NCBI GenBank assembly: GCA_000934665.2
Contig: JYFJ02001672.1
Location: 1 to 64,000 of the forward strand
Source of the DNA: Catajapyx aquilonaris
Lineage: Eukaryota
Reading direction: 5' to 3'
Length of the DNA: 64,000 bases
Positions 27,501 to 38,900 of the stretch are shown here, in pieces (the stretch's first letter is position 1; each line of letters opens with the position of its first letter). Under the pieces are notes generated by a model. That model worked only from the letters and a program-made list of their open reading frames with translations, was not told the DNA's origin and made no database searches. Position numbers and translations under genes: made by a program.

Positions 27501-28311
27501 GACAGAGTGGGTAGGAAGTGAGCGCCTATCGCCTTGGCATCTACCATTGTTTTGTGTCCCACCAGCCAGGAATTGCCGCCTCAAACAAATCCACCCTGCA
27601 AACAGTAACGTTTACAGATCCGCATTTGTGATAGGCGAGGCCACTTTGTCGGCACTTCAAGTGTCACCTTCACGACTCTTCACTGCGGACTTCCTTCAAA
27701 ACACTCGGTTACTTGACAGCAGTATCGGAGATTGACAGGAAGTCTATACAGTACTAACTGCATTGCTTTCTTCCCTATATAGATCTGCATTCTTACGTCA
27801 TTCTCTGCCACGTGTTTGCCATAAAAGTCCGACAGAATGATCCACGGTAGCTAAGTGGTGGAATTGTCTGCTGGACAAAAGAGATATCTTCCGGATACAT
27901 CCAGCACATATTATCTGACAGGAACATTTCAGCCAGGCTTATATTGGCGCTAGACAACCATCTGCACTCTACTGTTTGTTTCCTTTTCCCCGTCTTCCCC
28001 CACAATGGAATTCACTCTTGGCGAGTGCTGATGGTTGCATTGCGCCGAAATGGGTGTTGACAGATAGTGCACTTTTACTCAATAAAAATATAAAAAACAG
28101 TTTCATCAATATTAGTTTAGTGAATCTCCAAGGTAGAGTCCGACTATAAACATCGCAAATACAGCTCATGTTTGACCTAGAGCCTAGACCACATCTAGCT
28201 AATTTAAAATGTGTTATCTTCGTTATGATCATGCTGTGGTATACTGGTTCTTTACTGATTATTATTGAAGTTCAATTATGCCCTAATTGGACCGAAGCAA
28301 GTAGGTGTAGT

Positions 28312-28541
28312 GGACCGAAGCAGGTTGGCATAGTGGATAAGGCGTCCGACTGCTAATCGGGAGGTCCTGGGTTCGAATCCCGGGGCCGGCAACCTTGACA
28401 GTGGTTTTCTGTGGTTTTCCACGGTCTTTCTAGGATAATTCCGGGGTCGCTTCCGTATAATAGGCCACAACCGCTTCCTTCCTTCCCTATCCTTGGAGGT
28501 TGAATGGCAAATGCTGGGCTAACCTCCTTAAATATCAATTA
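28312..28541 (+). mobile_element. SINE family A copy 2, inserted into the A box of copy 1
   Basis: A box tggcatagtgg, B box ggttcgaatcc and the same core as copy 1. TSD aagtaggtgtagt at 28299-28311 and 28542-28554. Confidence 0.85.
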
Positions 28542-28657
28542 AAGTAGGTGTAGTGGTTAAGGAGTCGACTGCTAATCGGGAGGTCCTGGGTTCGATTCCC
28601 GGGGCCGGCGATCCTGACCGTGGTTTTCTGTGGTTTTCCATGGTACCCCCAGGATAA

Positions 28658-28907
28658 ATTGAATCAGTTGTTTCGAAAAGGACTTAAGTCCAGATGGCCG
28701 TACCATAGTGATATTTTGCCACAAATACAGGGCCTTTACAGGTCAGCAGATAGTGCATTCGGCTCCAGGAGGATGCTATCCATAATGTGTGCCTAACTGC
28801 TGACCTGTAAGGGCACTGTATTTGTGGCAAAATGAGAAATTGTAAATCAATATGGTATACCGTACGGCCGCGTGGACTTAAGTCCTCTTCGAAACAACTC
28901 ATTTAAT
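28658..28907. mobile_element. MITE with ~45-bp imperfect TIRs, inside SINE A copy 1
   Basis: attgaatcagttgtttcgaaaaggacttaagtccagatggccgtac ... gtacggccgcgtggacttaagtcctcttcgaaacaactcatttaat. An inner inverted pair (ttttgccacaaatacag / ctgtatttgtggcaaaa) is present. The TSD is AT-rich and ambiguous. Confidence 0.8.
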
Positions 28908-28909
28908 TC

Positions 28910-29255
28910 GGGGAGGTGTGGTGGCCGTGATGGTAACGTCACGGCTTGCTGAGTGAAAGGCCCCAGGTTCGATCCCCGCCTGGGGAACTTTCCTTTTACC
29001 TGCGTCGGGAGGGTCTCTGACCTGCACCAAGGAGGTGTCTGGCAACCTAACCTCCTGGGGGACAGCACATGACCCATATATGTTGTAGACAATGCACTTG
29101 CACCCCATGTTCCCTCCCCAAAAATCCCTACCCCTACCCTACATCCTTGACTCCTTGCACCGGTGACTGAAGAAAAATGACAGAGAAAACTGATGGTGGT
29201 GTGCCACCCCCCAAATAGGCCATTGATGCCTGGCACGGGGTAATTTTTTTTTTTA
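28910..29255 (+). mobile_element. tRNA-derived SINE family B, full length
   Basis: Head ggtggccgtgatgg...ggttcgatccc and a T-run tail. A 14-bp TSD aactcatttaattc at 28896-28909 and 29256-29269. Its body is homologous to 39855-40094 (-). Confidence 0.85.
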
Positions 29256-32200
29256 AACTCATTTAATTCCGGGGTCGCTTCCGTACAATAGGCCACAGCC
29301 GCTTCCTTCTTTCCCTATCCTTGGCCCCATCCAGTGTGAGGAAGATTTCAGAAAGATTGAGAGGTTAAATGGTGGTATTCCACCCCCCCCCCCCCTAATG
29401 GAGCGCCGATTCTCCCAATAATGGGGTAATATTTAAAAAATAATAAATAAAATTATGCCCTAATTGGAATGCAATATTAATCACTTTAGAGACTCATGCG
29501 CTATGACATGATCATACTGGTCACACATCTCGTTGGAAAAATTTCTAACATATAACAGATGTAACGCACCATTCATTATGCAGATACGTTGCACATGCTG
29601 AAAATACAGGTGTCAAGTTCAGCTAGATTTGCAAGCACCATTAATATTGCACAAACCAGGTATAACTGCTGTGTATACACCCACTAAACTGACATTTCAA
29701 CCCAGTTTACGTAACCTATACCCGGTGATGCCCAAACCCCTTTAATAAGCCTATACGAAAATATTCCTTGCACTCTGCTCTTTAGACTAGAATTCAAATC
29801 CTATACGTTCACACGCTTTCGGCCCCTTCAAACACCCTCGCATCCACCATCAATCCGACTCGGAGAGACCACAAGAAAGCGTCCTCCTACACGAGGCTCT
29901 GCACGCTGCACTTGAATGTAATCAATTCTATTTCGCAATTCTCTGCAGGTCTTTGATTCCGCACACGAAGATAAAGGCGGGGCCCACACTCCTCCTCCAA
30001 AAAAAAAACCCCCATCCAGGCATTTCTGCACTCCTCATATCTCCAGTTTAAGAAATTGCCGAAACTTCAGCAAGAAAAGGGCCTGCAGAGAGGGCGGACA
30101 AGATTGATGCACATTTGCACCATGCTCTCGGCAAAAGTATGTACGAACCAGACAAAAAAAAAAAACGTCCAAAAAAAGGCAAAGGAAAAAAACTCCGTGA
30201 CAAGTGCTCCTCGAGTCGGATGAATCGTTGGAGGGCATCGCTGCGGAACATCTCGAGCCTCACTTCGAATTTTAATGCTCGACTCGCTCGGGAGTAGCCG
30301 GCATTTGCCCGCAGTTATATGCACGTCCTCAATGTCTGTCGGTATAACCCAATTTTTTTTTTCCCATCTCCTTTTTTCCCTTCTTCTGCTCCGTATTTCC
30401 CTCCCACTCCAGGGGATTGCGATTCGGCAAAATGGGCTGAATGGAGAGCGCAAAAAAATGGCGACCTTCAATCTATAGTTCATAAAAGTTGTGCCGGGTA
30501 ATCGCCTGATGCTTCGGCACGGGCGAAACGACGTTGAATTTGGTATTAACCCACTTGGGAAGGAGGCGCTAAATGTCGATGGGATAGTAAAACTTGGGGG
30601 TCCGAGTGGCACTTCTGGGCCTTTGGTGTCCGTCGCAATTGCGAACCAAATGGGTCTACTTGCTGATTTTTTTTTCGCCTTGCCGTGTGTAAATCCGCGC
30701 GCTTGTAGGTGCCAAGAGGGTGTAACGTTTCCTAATGAAGTAACCCTGGCATCGTTTAATTTCTCGTTTCCAAAGTTGTAAATGCTCCTACGCATGCATT
30801 TTACGGGCATCCACGTCGGAAGTCACAGGTTTTACGATCGCAATGCCTACTGGGTTTGGCAAATTCATGCTGGATTATATACGTGACAGTAGGAGACGAT
30901 TGCTGCTCCCTCACTCCCAAAAGGCAAAATGCATCACATGCACTTTGTCCTTCCGATTTATTACGTGTATCACCAGAGTCGCAGCATGGAACTGCACATG
31001 AGACCAATAGAGAGTGGCATGCGTGTGACAACCCAAGTGATAATAATGGTGCCGATGTTGTATGACACAACAAGCTAATCATACCAGCATTGTAAGTCTT
31101 TTCCCCAACAGGAAGCATTAACAATTTGTTGCTTCAAAGATGACCATAATGAAATAGCACACTTCATCATGTACTGTACTGTACAGAAATAGTCTATTCG
31201 AGATCATGCACTTGCACAACATATCGTCAATAATGTTGTATAGGTAGCCCTATAATGTATAATTTCCTTGTATCCATAGATAAATTAATATCTATGCTTG
31301 TATCACAGCTTTTTTAAAAAAATATATGGCTGCAAGTTCAAATACTGATTTCATGCCATGTTAGCATTGCTCGAAAACGACTTAAATCCTGAGATGTGCT
31401 ATTGTTTCCAGCTTCAAGAGAAATGGTATTTTCGGGTATTTTAAACCACCGTATTTCTCAATATAATTATTTCCATATTAATGACAACATTATACCACCA
31501 GCAGAATGATCCAATCTCACTGTCAGTAAAATTAGCAAAATTCTTACCTGCAGTTTTTTCAAATATTTTCCTGTTTGGAGTCCATGGCGACATGTTGGCT
31601 GTCCAGAGAGAACCATTGAGTAGATTTACGAGTATTGTTGATCAATTGACACACTGGGTATAAATGCTACATGTCTGAAAATAAGAGAAAAGAAAATCCT
31701 GATAGCAAATACGTGTTACAGAGCAATGAAAAAAGTATGCATTCCTCTCAGATTTGCATTCCTTGTGATTTCAGTGTAAAATTACCTTCGTGGATTTGGC
31801 AATTTTAGCTTTGTCCAAGAGATAATTGCATGTTGATAAGGCTAACAAAAATATCCCGAGCATCTAGTGATCCATGTAGCACAGGGTGCTGGGAGGTGGC
31901 ACAACCCACAGGATAGCACCTATTATTCAAATGGATGATGAAACTAAAAGTAGCATGTGAAAATGTGATTACATGTAATGAAGCCAAAATTACAAATCAA
32001 CCAGCATAATTTCATCCCAGAAGATCACAAGGAACCTAAATCCTAGAACAATTGTGCATCTTTTTGCACCACTCTCTACTCACACCTCCATATAAATTGA
32101 CAATGTCTATACTCGTCTGAACAAAACTTTGCATACTGCAGAAAAATGCCAGCCCAGGACTCGTGATTCCATAAAACAATATACAAGTTTATTTGTACAG

Positions 32201-33092
32201 TTCTAGTGCCTTTTACGTGAATCAAAATCCTGTGCGGAATATTTATGCATTTTTCTGGATGTGGAATGCTCCAGAATGGAAGCAGCTGTATGTATCAAAA
32301 GGTCAACAGCCACATGCACATTGAAATTATAATGTAAAATGGAACACACCATTTCTGCTGATCCTAACATTTCATAACCCACTGCTTAAAAGTCCCTTCT
32401 GAGGTTTTTACAATAAATCACGTATTCCCTTTATAAACTATTGGCAATATTTTACTTATATCCCCCCATTCTCAAAGAGTTTTATTCTTCTTTCTTTTCT
32501 GATAATTCCTCTTAAAAATTCATTTCTTCTGGTCAAGCATTATACCTGCCATTTGCAGTGGTTATCCCAAAAGCATAATTATGTCAAATATAATTTTGTT
32601 TTCAAAGCAACATTTCAACAAGCACAATGGGAATTCTGCTTTCCTTTTGGATTTAAAGCTTGGCTCTTATCCATTTCCTTTGATGTGCTGCACTCCTAAA
32701 TTAAATTGCAACACAACACAACTGAACTTTGCTTCAACACTCCATAATTAAAGTGGTTATTAGATTTAGTGCAAATGCAGTATTTCGCTTGTAAAAATAA
32801 TTGCTGAACCTTTAATAAAATAATCATTGTTTTGCTTCATGGTCCAACACTAATTTTAAGTAGTAGTTTTCTAAGAGGAAAAACATTCCCTTCAGTAAAA
32901 ACAAGATTGGCAAATCAGGTGAGATTGATTAGAGTAGACTTTTGCATGTTTACTGCTATTGTACCCAACGTCCGTCATGGGACTGGGACTGAAACGAGAA
33001 CCACTCATAACTCATTTTCGGCCAAAAGTGGACTTTCCCTTTCCCCCTCCCTCCCCCTACCCCCAGACCGTCCCTTTCCCCTTTAAAAAATA

Positions 33093-33654
33093 CAGGGTGT
33101 AAATGAATTCAATCGACAAACTTGTAGGGGTAATAAAGGGGACCAAGACAAGTATTTTTGACATAGGAACCCGTGTCCAGAAACGCCATCTAGAGGGGGT
33201 TCATAGACAAGGAACGGGTGCTCTCAGACGCTCCACGCGGGAGGCGGTAGGCGAGCGGACTGTTTTGTTGATAGATGGCGCTCGGATAGTAAACATAGGT
33301 GAGATGTGCCATAACCTGGCAACAACAGAGCCATCTAGCAACTAAAGTACGCCTCCTAGGAGACGCGTGGAGAGTAAACAAAGGTTCTGTTGTTGTCATG
33401 TTATGGCGTATCACGTCGTTGTTTGCTTACGATGACGCGATATGCCATAACCTGGCAACAACTGCGCATCCTCTATCAACAAAACAGTCCGCTTGCCTAG
33501 CTCCTCTCGCCTGACGCGTCTGAGCGCACCCGTTCCTTGTCTATGAACCCCCTCTAGATGGCGTTTCCGGACACGGGTTCCTATGTCAAAAATACTTGTC
33601 TTGGTCCCCTCTATTACCCCTACAAGTTTGTCGATTGAATTCATTTACACCCTG
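33093..33654. mobile_element. Tc1/mariner-type MITE, 562 bp, with long (~190 bp) TIRs and TA TSD
   Basis: TA|CAGGGTGTAAATGAATTCAATCGACAAAC ... GTTTGTCGATTGAATTCATTTACACCCTG|TA. The mirror ORFs 33103+ and 33644- are artefacts of the TIRs. Confidence 0.93.
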
Positions 33655-35437
33655 TATATCCTAGCAAACCCATCTTTTAGACCATCCATCAAAGATTTAC
33701 ATTAGGTTGTGTTGGGGACACAGGCCGCAGCTTTTGCGAGCTCAACCTACATTATGTTTCACTTTTCTCGACTATAATGGCGGGGGCATGCAGGCGTGGA
33801 TACGTCTTTAAAATCGCATAAGGGGGCATGCAGGCAAACTCAAGCGTTACAGAAAAGCCCCCCCCCATTTTGGTGCCGAAAAGTGGTGGAATGCGTGTTG
33901 ACTGTTGAAGTGTAGCGTTGAGCTATTCGTGTACAAATTACCCAAATCCCAGGTCAAGGCTAGGACCCCATTATGTGGGTTTCCTAAAATTATGGACTTC
34001 AATATTGAGCACGGTAAGTAGCAGTTTAATGTGAATTGCACACACTATATATTATTTCAATCAAACTGTTTAAATATTTAATATTTCAATTAACACTTTT
34101 CTAAAATAATGTACCTAAATTTCAGAAGTGAACTGTATTGCTTATTAAGTTTTCACTCAATTTGGGTAAATTGCACTCAAGTGAACTCCTGCAATCCAAA
34201 TTTGATGACAGTTTGGGAAAGGGTTGGATCACCATATATTATCATATTTTCTCAACTATTTCCCCTTGGACAATACAATTGAGATAATAAATTCTTCATT
34301 CCATTATATTAAACAAGGGACAAAATATAACATCAGAATTAAGCTATTTACATATCAAGATAACAATGTTGCATTATATTCTCTGAATTTCCTATTACCA
34401 TTACACATCCCTCTTGCCTCCAGTCCCTTATGTGACTAAACCTGTGCATACAGTAATAATCAACACACTGCCACAAGATGGAAGAACCTTGCCTGCTGAT
34501 GTGACTAGATCTCATTCTATGAGTCACTCAATTAATCACTGTACAATACATACATGTTCACCTCTCACTTTTCATTATATGGGGATATTAATATGTGTAA
34601 AAAGTATCATAAAGAGGAATGCTACAAAATCTTAGCTGAACTAAATTCAAGCACTGGGAATATATTCCGATTCCATTTTTATATAAAGTGACTACTCATT
34701 TGCATGTATGGTATCCACTATTCTCAATGGTAAAGTCACATGTGCCATTAATTCTTAGGTAATTCCTGTTTCATAGGTTGCTATTAATAATATTCCACTT
34801 CAAGTTATTTATAAGAAGTTACAATAATTTTTCTCTACAAAACTTCACATAGTCTTATCATCCGCAGCTAATAGCAATACCCACCGAACAGATAATTATT
34901 TTAAAATTTGACTCTCAATTGTTTTCTGCCTTCAAGAAGATTTCCCACTGCTGAATTTCAATAGTGCTCAATTATTAACAAGTTATTATTGGAAAATATA
35001 TGCATATAAACGCTAATTATGCTATAAGTGATGGTTCATTTTGGTGCCCATTGCAAGGTTTCAGTTGAGACTTCCCTAACCGTGAATTATTTGGTGATTT
35101 TTTGCTCTTTCAAATTTCTACAGATAGAGTGAACTGCGAGATTTAATGACATGGCCTAGCAATCATGAAACACCATAAGTAAAAATCAAATTGGTGAAAG
35201 CTGAACATTTATACTGGAAGTGTTTCAACATCTTGTAATCATCCCTTCGACATTTCAGATAAACAGATAGGGTCCTGTCACTTGCAGTCTCAAGCCTGCT
35301 TAATGTTATGGCCAGCTAAGTTGCTTACTACCAGCCACTGCAGAACAAGATTTACTGACAAGTCAAGTTCAGACAGTCACTGTGACTCAAGCTACCTCCT
35401 GATTCCCATTATACAAGTCTGCAGTAATTTGGCATAT

Positions 35438-35692
35438 CGTCGGCCGGTGATCAAAACCTCGTAACTCCATTTTGCGCGAAAATGGACTTACGAGTGAGGT
35501 CAATCGAGAAAATAAGAAAATAATCACCTGTGTATGCTCAAATCCTCGTATACCTCCAGTGACATCACAACGACATCTATTGACCAATTCTGAAACATTC
35601 ATGAACAGAACACATGATTTTACAAAATGTTTTTTGTCCCTCCTGTAAAATTTGGTCTTGAGGAGTTACGAGGTTTTGATCGCCGGCCGACG
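35438..35692. mobile_element. MITE with ~31-bp TIRs and ATAT flanks
   Basis: ATAT|cgtcggccggtgatcaaaacctcgtaactcc ... ggagttacgaggttttgatcgccggccgacg|ATAT. Confidence 0.85.
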
Positions 35693-35929
35693 ATATTTAT
35701 TTAAAAATATGATTTCACCCTAGTTAGGGAGACATAGTATTCATTACTGACATTGTACCATCAATCATCAATCTGTACCATGTACACAGCATAATGAAGC
35801 AAAAGCAACTAAAGGGTTTCTAGCAAAATTACCTCAAGTGAATGCCTAGGGAAGTTTTACCGTAATTGACACGTTCAGGTTACTAACCCATATTAATGTA
35901 GATAAGAAACTGCCATGTACCAATCACAG

Positions 35930-38900
35930 TTAAGCAGGCAGGACTTCGCATGGCTCCATCTCTGACTTCATTGCTGGTTTGGCTTGTGGTACAATGTACA
36001 CATGTGACGGCAGTGTACGGTCCAGCAGTGAATCTAGAAGTGCCTGGTAATCTGTTCCTCTCTCTACATCCATCCTACCTCCATTGACTAATGCCAATCT
36101 CAGTTGCGGCAGTGCAACAAAACCAGCAAGAAGTGGATAGAGGTTGTAAGACAGCTCTAATGGACTATCTGGTGGCAATAAAAGTTGTGACTGCTTGCTA
36201 CCAGCGAACATGAATGCATCACTGGCCTCCATGGTTACTCCAACAGTCAAAGGACGTCCAGACAAATTACGAAGGCTGTATGACACTGGCATTGGTGTAC
36301 GGACCCAGCCATGTGCCGGCAAGTCCATGTCAACACTGAGGGGTACTGGGAGAACTTGCACTGTGGGCATCTGGATGTGCAGGGTTGATGCAATGGCATT
36401 GGTGACCCGCCGCCACTTGAGCTGGTATGAACCCAAGATTGCTGCACCAGTACTTACTGGTTGCAGACACAAGCACTCACTAGCGACCTCTCCAGTCGTG
36501 AGACACAAACCTGCAACCTGAGAACTCAAATCATCTCCAGCACAGAAGGAGGCGCTTGGATCCAAGCAGCTGGATTCAATTGTCACTTCCCAGGGCGACA
36601 CACACATTATTTCAGGTGACATCACAAATGCTTCTCCCCCATACACATGTGGTAGGTTCTCAAACTTCATGCTTAATACACGTGTTGTCACCTGGAATGG
36701 AGGCTTCACCACCACTGTCTCAACAGTAGATCCTGAGCACATACATGGCATAGTTTTTGAGCTCACACACACTTCTACGGTGTAGTCTACTTGCATGCGC
36801 AATCGCACAGTGCCTTCACGATTGGCACGCATGTAAAACTCATGCGATAGCTTTCCAGATGCAACAAGATCACCAACTTGTCTTGTCACATGCGTTGTGC
36901 CTGGTTCATCACCTGGCACATCCTGAAACACACTAACTGATCCATCCTCACCCCCATCCTCAACACTAATACCAAGCTTCATTCCTATTGCCTTACTATC
37001 TTCTCCATTTTCAACCTCAAACTTGATGCAGTACAGCTCACCAACAAGGGCTGGTGATGAGTGTATGGTGTTTATGGCAACATTAGACTTTCGAGGTGCC
37101 ACACGTACGCTGGGGGTGTCGGATGTCACTCTCAGTAGTGCCTGTCTGGTGTTTCCTAAAGTTAAAACCACAGCTGTTGCTTGCAATTCCTGCCCATAAT
37201 CCTGTGGCTCAGGTGTGAATTCAAGTGAGTATGACCTCACTTCACGTGGTGCAAAATGCAGCTGTGACTGAGCTTCAATAGTGCAGCATGGCAAGTAAGC
37301 CGGGTTAGTAACAAAAAGGCTAAGGCGCACAAATTGGATCTCATGGTCAGACATGTTCTGCACCTTCACATGTGTGTGTACATCCTTTCCAGCTTCATGG
37401 GCATCAAAGGTGGACTTGCACTCAATAAAAGCATTGGGCCCAAGTTCAACAGTGATTGGCTCAATTGACTTTGACACATCCCACTTCTTCTGTGCTTCCT
37501 CATCCACGTCCCCTTCAGGTGCCTCTAGTGCCAAAACTCTCAGTAGATTGTTCCACCATGCTGCCTTCCTTTCCGCTGGTGCCACAACCTTAGGCCCAAC
37601 ACCCTCCACAGCCAGGACCACATACTCGCGGACATTGGCAGTCAAGTATGCACATCTGATTGCCAGCTCCAGCACCCCAGTCAGTAGTAGCCACCACCTT
37701 TCACACCTGAAATATTTCAGCTTTTTGTTACATGAAACTGAACTGGCTACATTACTCACCTAATTACACTAATTAATATTAATACTTAATAATAATTTGT
37801 TATCTCAGGATAAGCCTGTGGCAATTTATTTAGGGGATGCACTTTTAACTAACCAACTTTATTCATCAACTATACTGCCGACAGATTTTGATTGTGAGAG
37901 GAAATTAGGAAACCGTACGAAAATCCACAAAAAAACATAAGAGATTCCATGGAAACTCTTTCTGCTTGGTCAAGTGTCACTTCCTCATAGCCCAAAGAGT
38001 TCTGCTATAATATAATATAATACCTAGAGGAGGTACTCCCTATCCTTTTCCATTAGACAGGCTGAGGCAGCCGCCATCTTGTTGGAGGTCATATTGTTGT
38101 TCTAACAGTTGTCTAGCAACTGGGACAATAATAATGGATACCCCGTGATAGGCCCCTTGGGCCTCTTAGGGGATCATCTTTTGAATACCCGACTTTAATC
38201 ATATTTGCCTGTAATGTGATGGATTTTGATAGTGGGAGGAAACGGGAGAACCCCGAGAAAACCCACGCGAACACGGAGAGAACCCATCGAAACTCTATCC
38301 ACGTAAGTATCCTCCGTCCGACCCGGGGATCGAACTCGGGACCTTAGAGGTGGAAGGCTGCGGCGCTAACCGCTCGGCCACCGTGTCGCCAGCAACTGGG
38401 ACAACAACCAATAATGACAACTGAGCGACAATTAGTTCAATAATGTCAGGCGTCCGCCATCTTGTTGGAGGTCATATTGTTGCCTGCATTGTTGCCTGCC
38501 TCACATTTCAGGCCGAGTACCTCCTCTAGGTGTATATATAATATAGCAGAACTCTGTCATAGCCTTAGGTTACCTTGGTTCTTTCAATACACCAAACTAA
38601 GTCATACCCTGATTCTGGCTAAAAGAACTGCAGAAATGAGCAGTGTACTAACCTGTAATCCCAAAGGGCATTCCCAAGTAGCGTTAGTGCCCTGTCATGT
38701 TCCCCAGCTCCATGGCACTCCTGAGCCATCTGCACCATCAACTGGCGCCTCATCCGAGGGCACCGAAATCGTTTGAACTGTGCCATAGCTGCTGAAAGTA
38801 GCCCCACAACCCTTGCAGAGTGCTGACCACTTTGTCTCTCCCGGATCTGCAATGCCAACACCCCATCTCGTTCCAGCACTGGATCTGGTGGCTCCAGAGT

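Larger units (their letters stand above)
28289..29450 (+). mobile_element. tRNA-derived SINE family A copy 1 (Deu-like core), interrupted by three later insertions
   Basis: Flanked by the direct repeat aattatgccctaatt (28274-28288 and 29451-29465). It has a tRNA-like head (B box ggttcgattcc), the core ggttttctgtggttttcc...ccggggtcgcttcc...aggccacagccgcttcct, and an A-rich tail at ~29435-29450. Confidence 0.85.

Noticed and set aside
28319..28391. tRNA-like cloverleaf with GCT anticodon (also ~28545-28610, 28910-28985, 38315-38390)
   Set aside because: The acceptor stem is imperfect and there is no long Ser variable arm. Each is followed by a SINE body and bounded by TSDs, so these are SINE heads rather than tRNA genes.
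30067..30810. 247-aa minus-strand ORF
   Set aside because: Non-ATG start, homopolymer-driven K/F runs, and no recognisable motif or splice context.
33103..33644. Two near-identical ORFs on opposite strands
   Set aside because: Produced by the MITE terminal inverted repeats. There are no transposase motifs.
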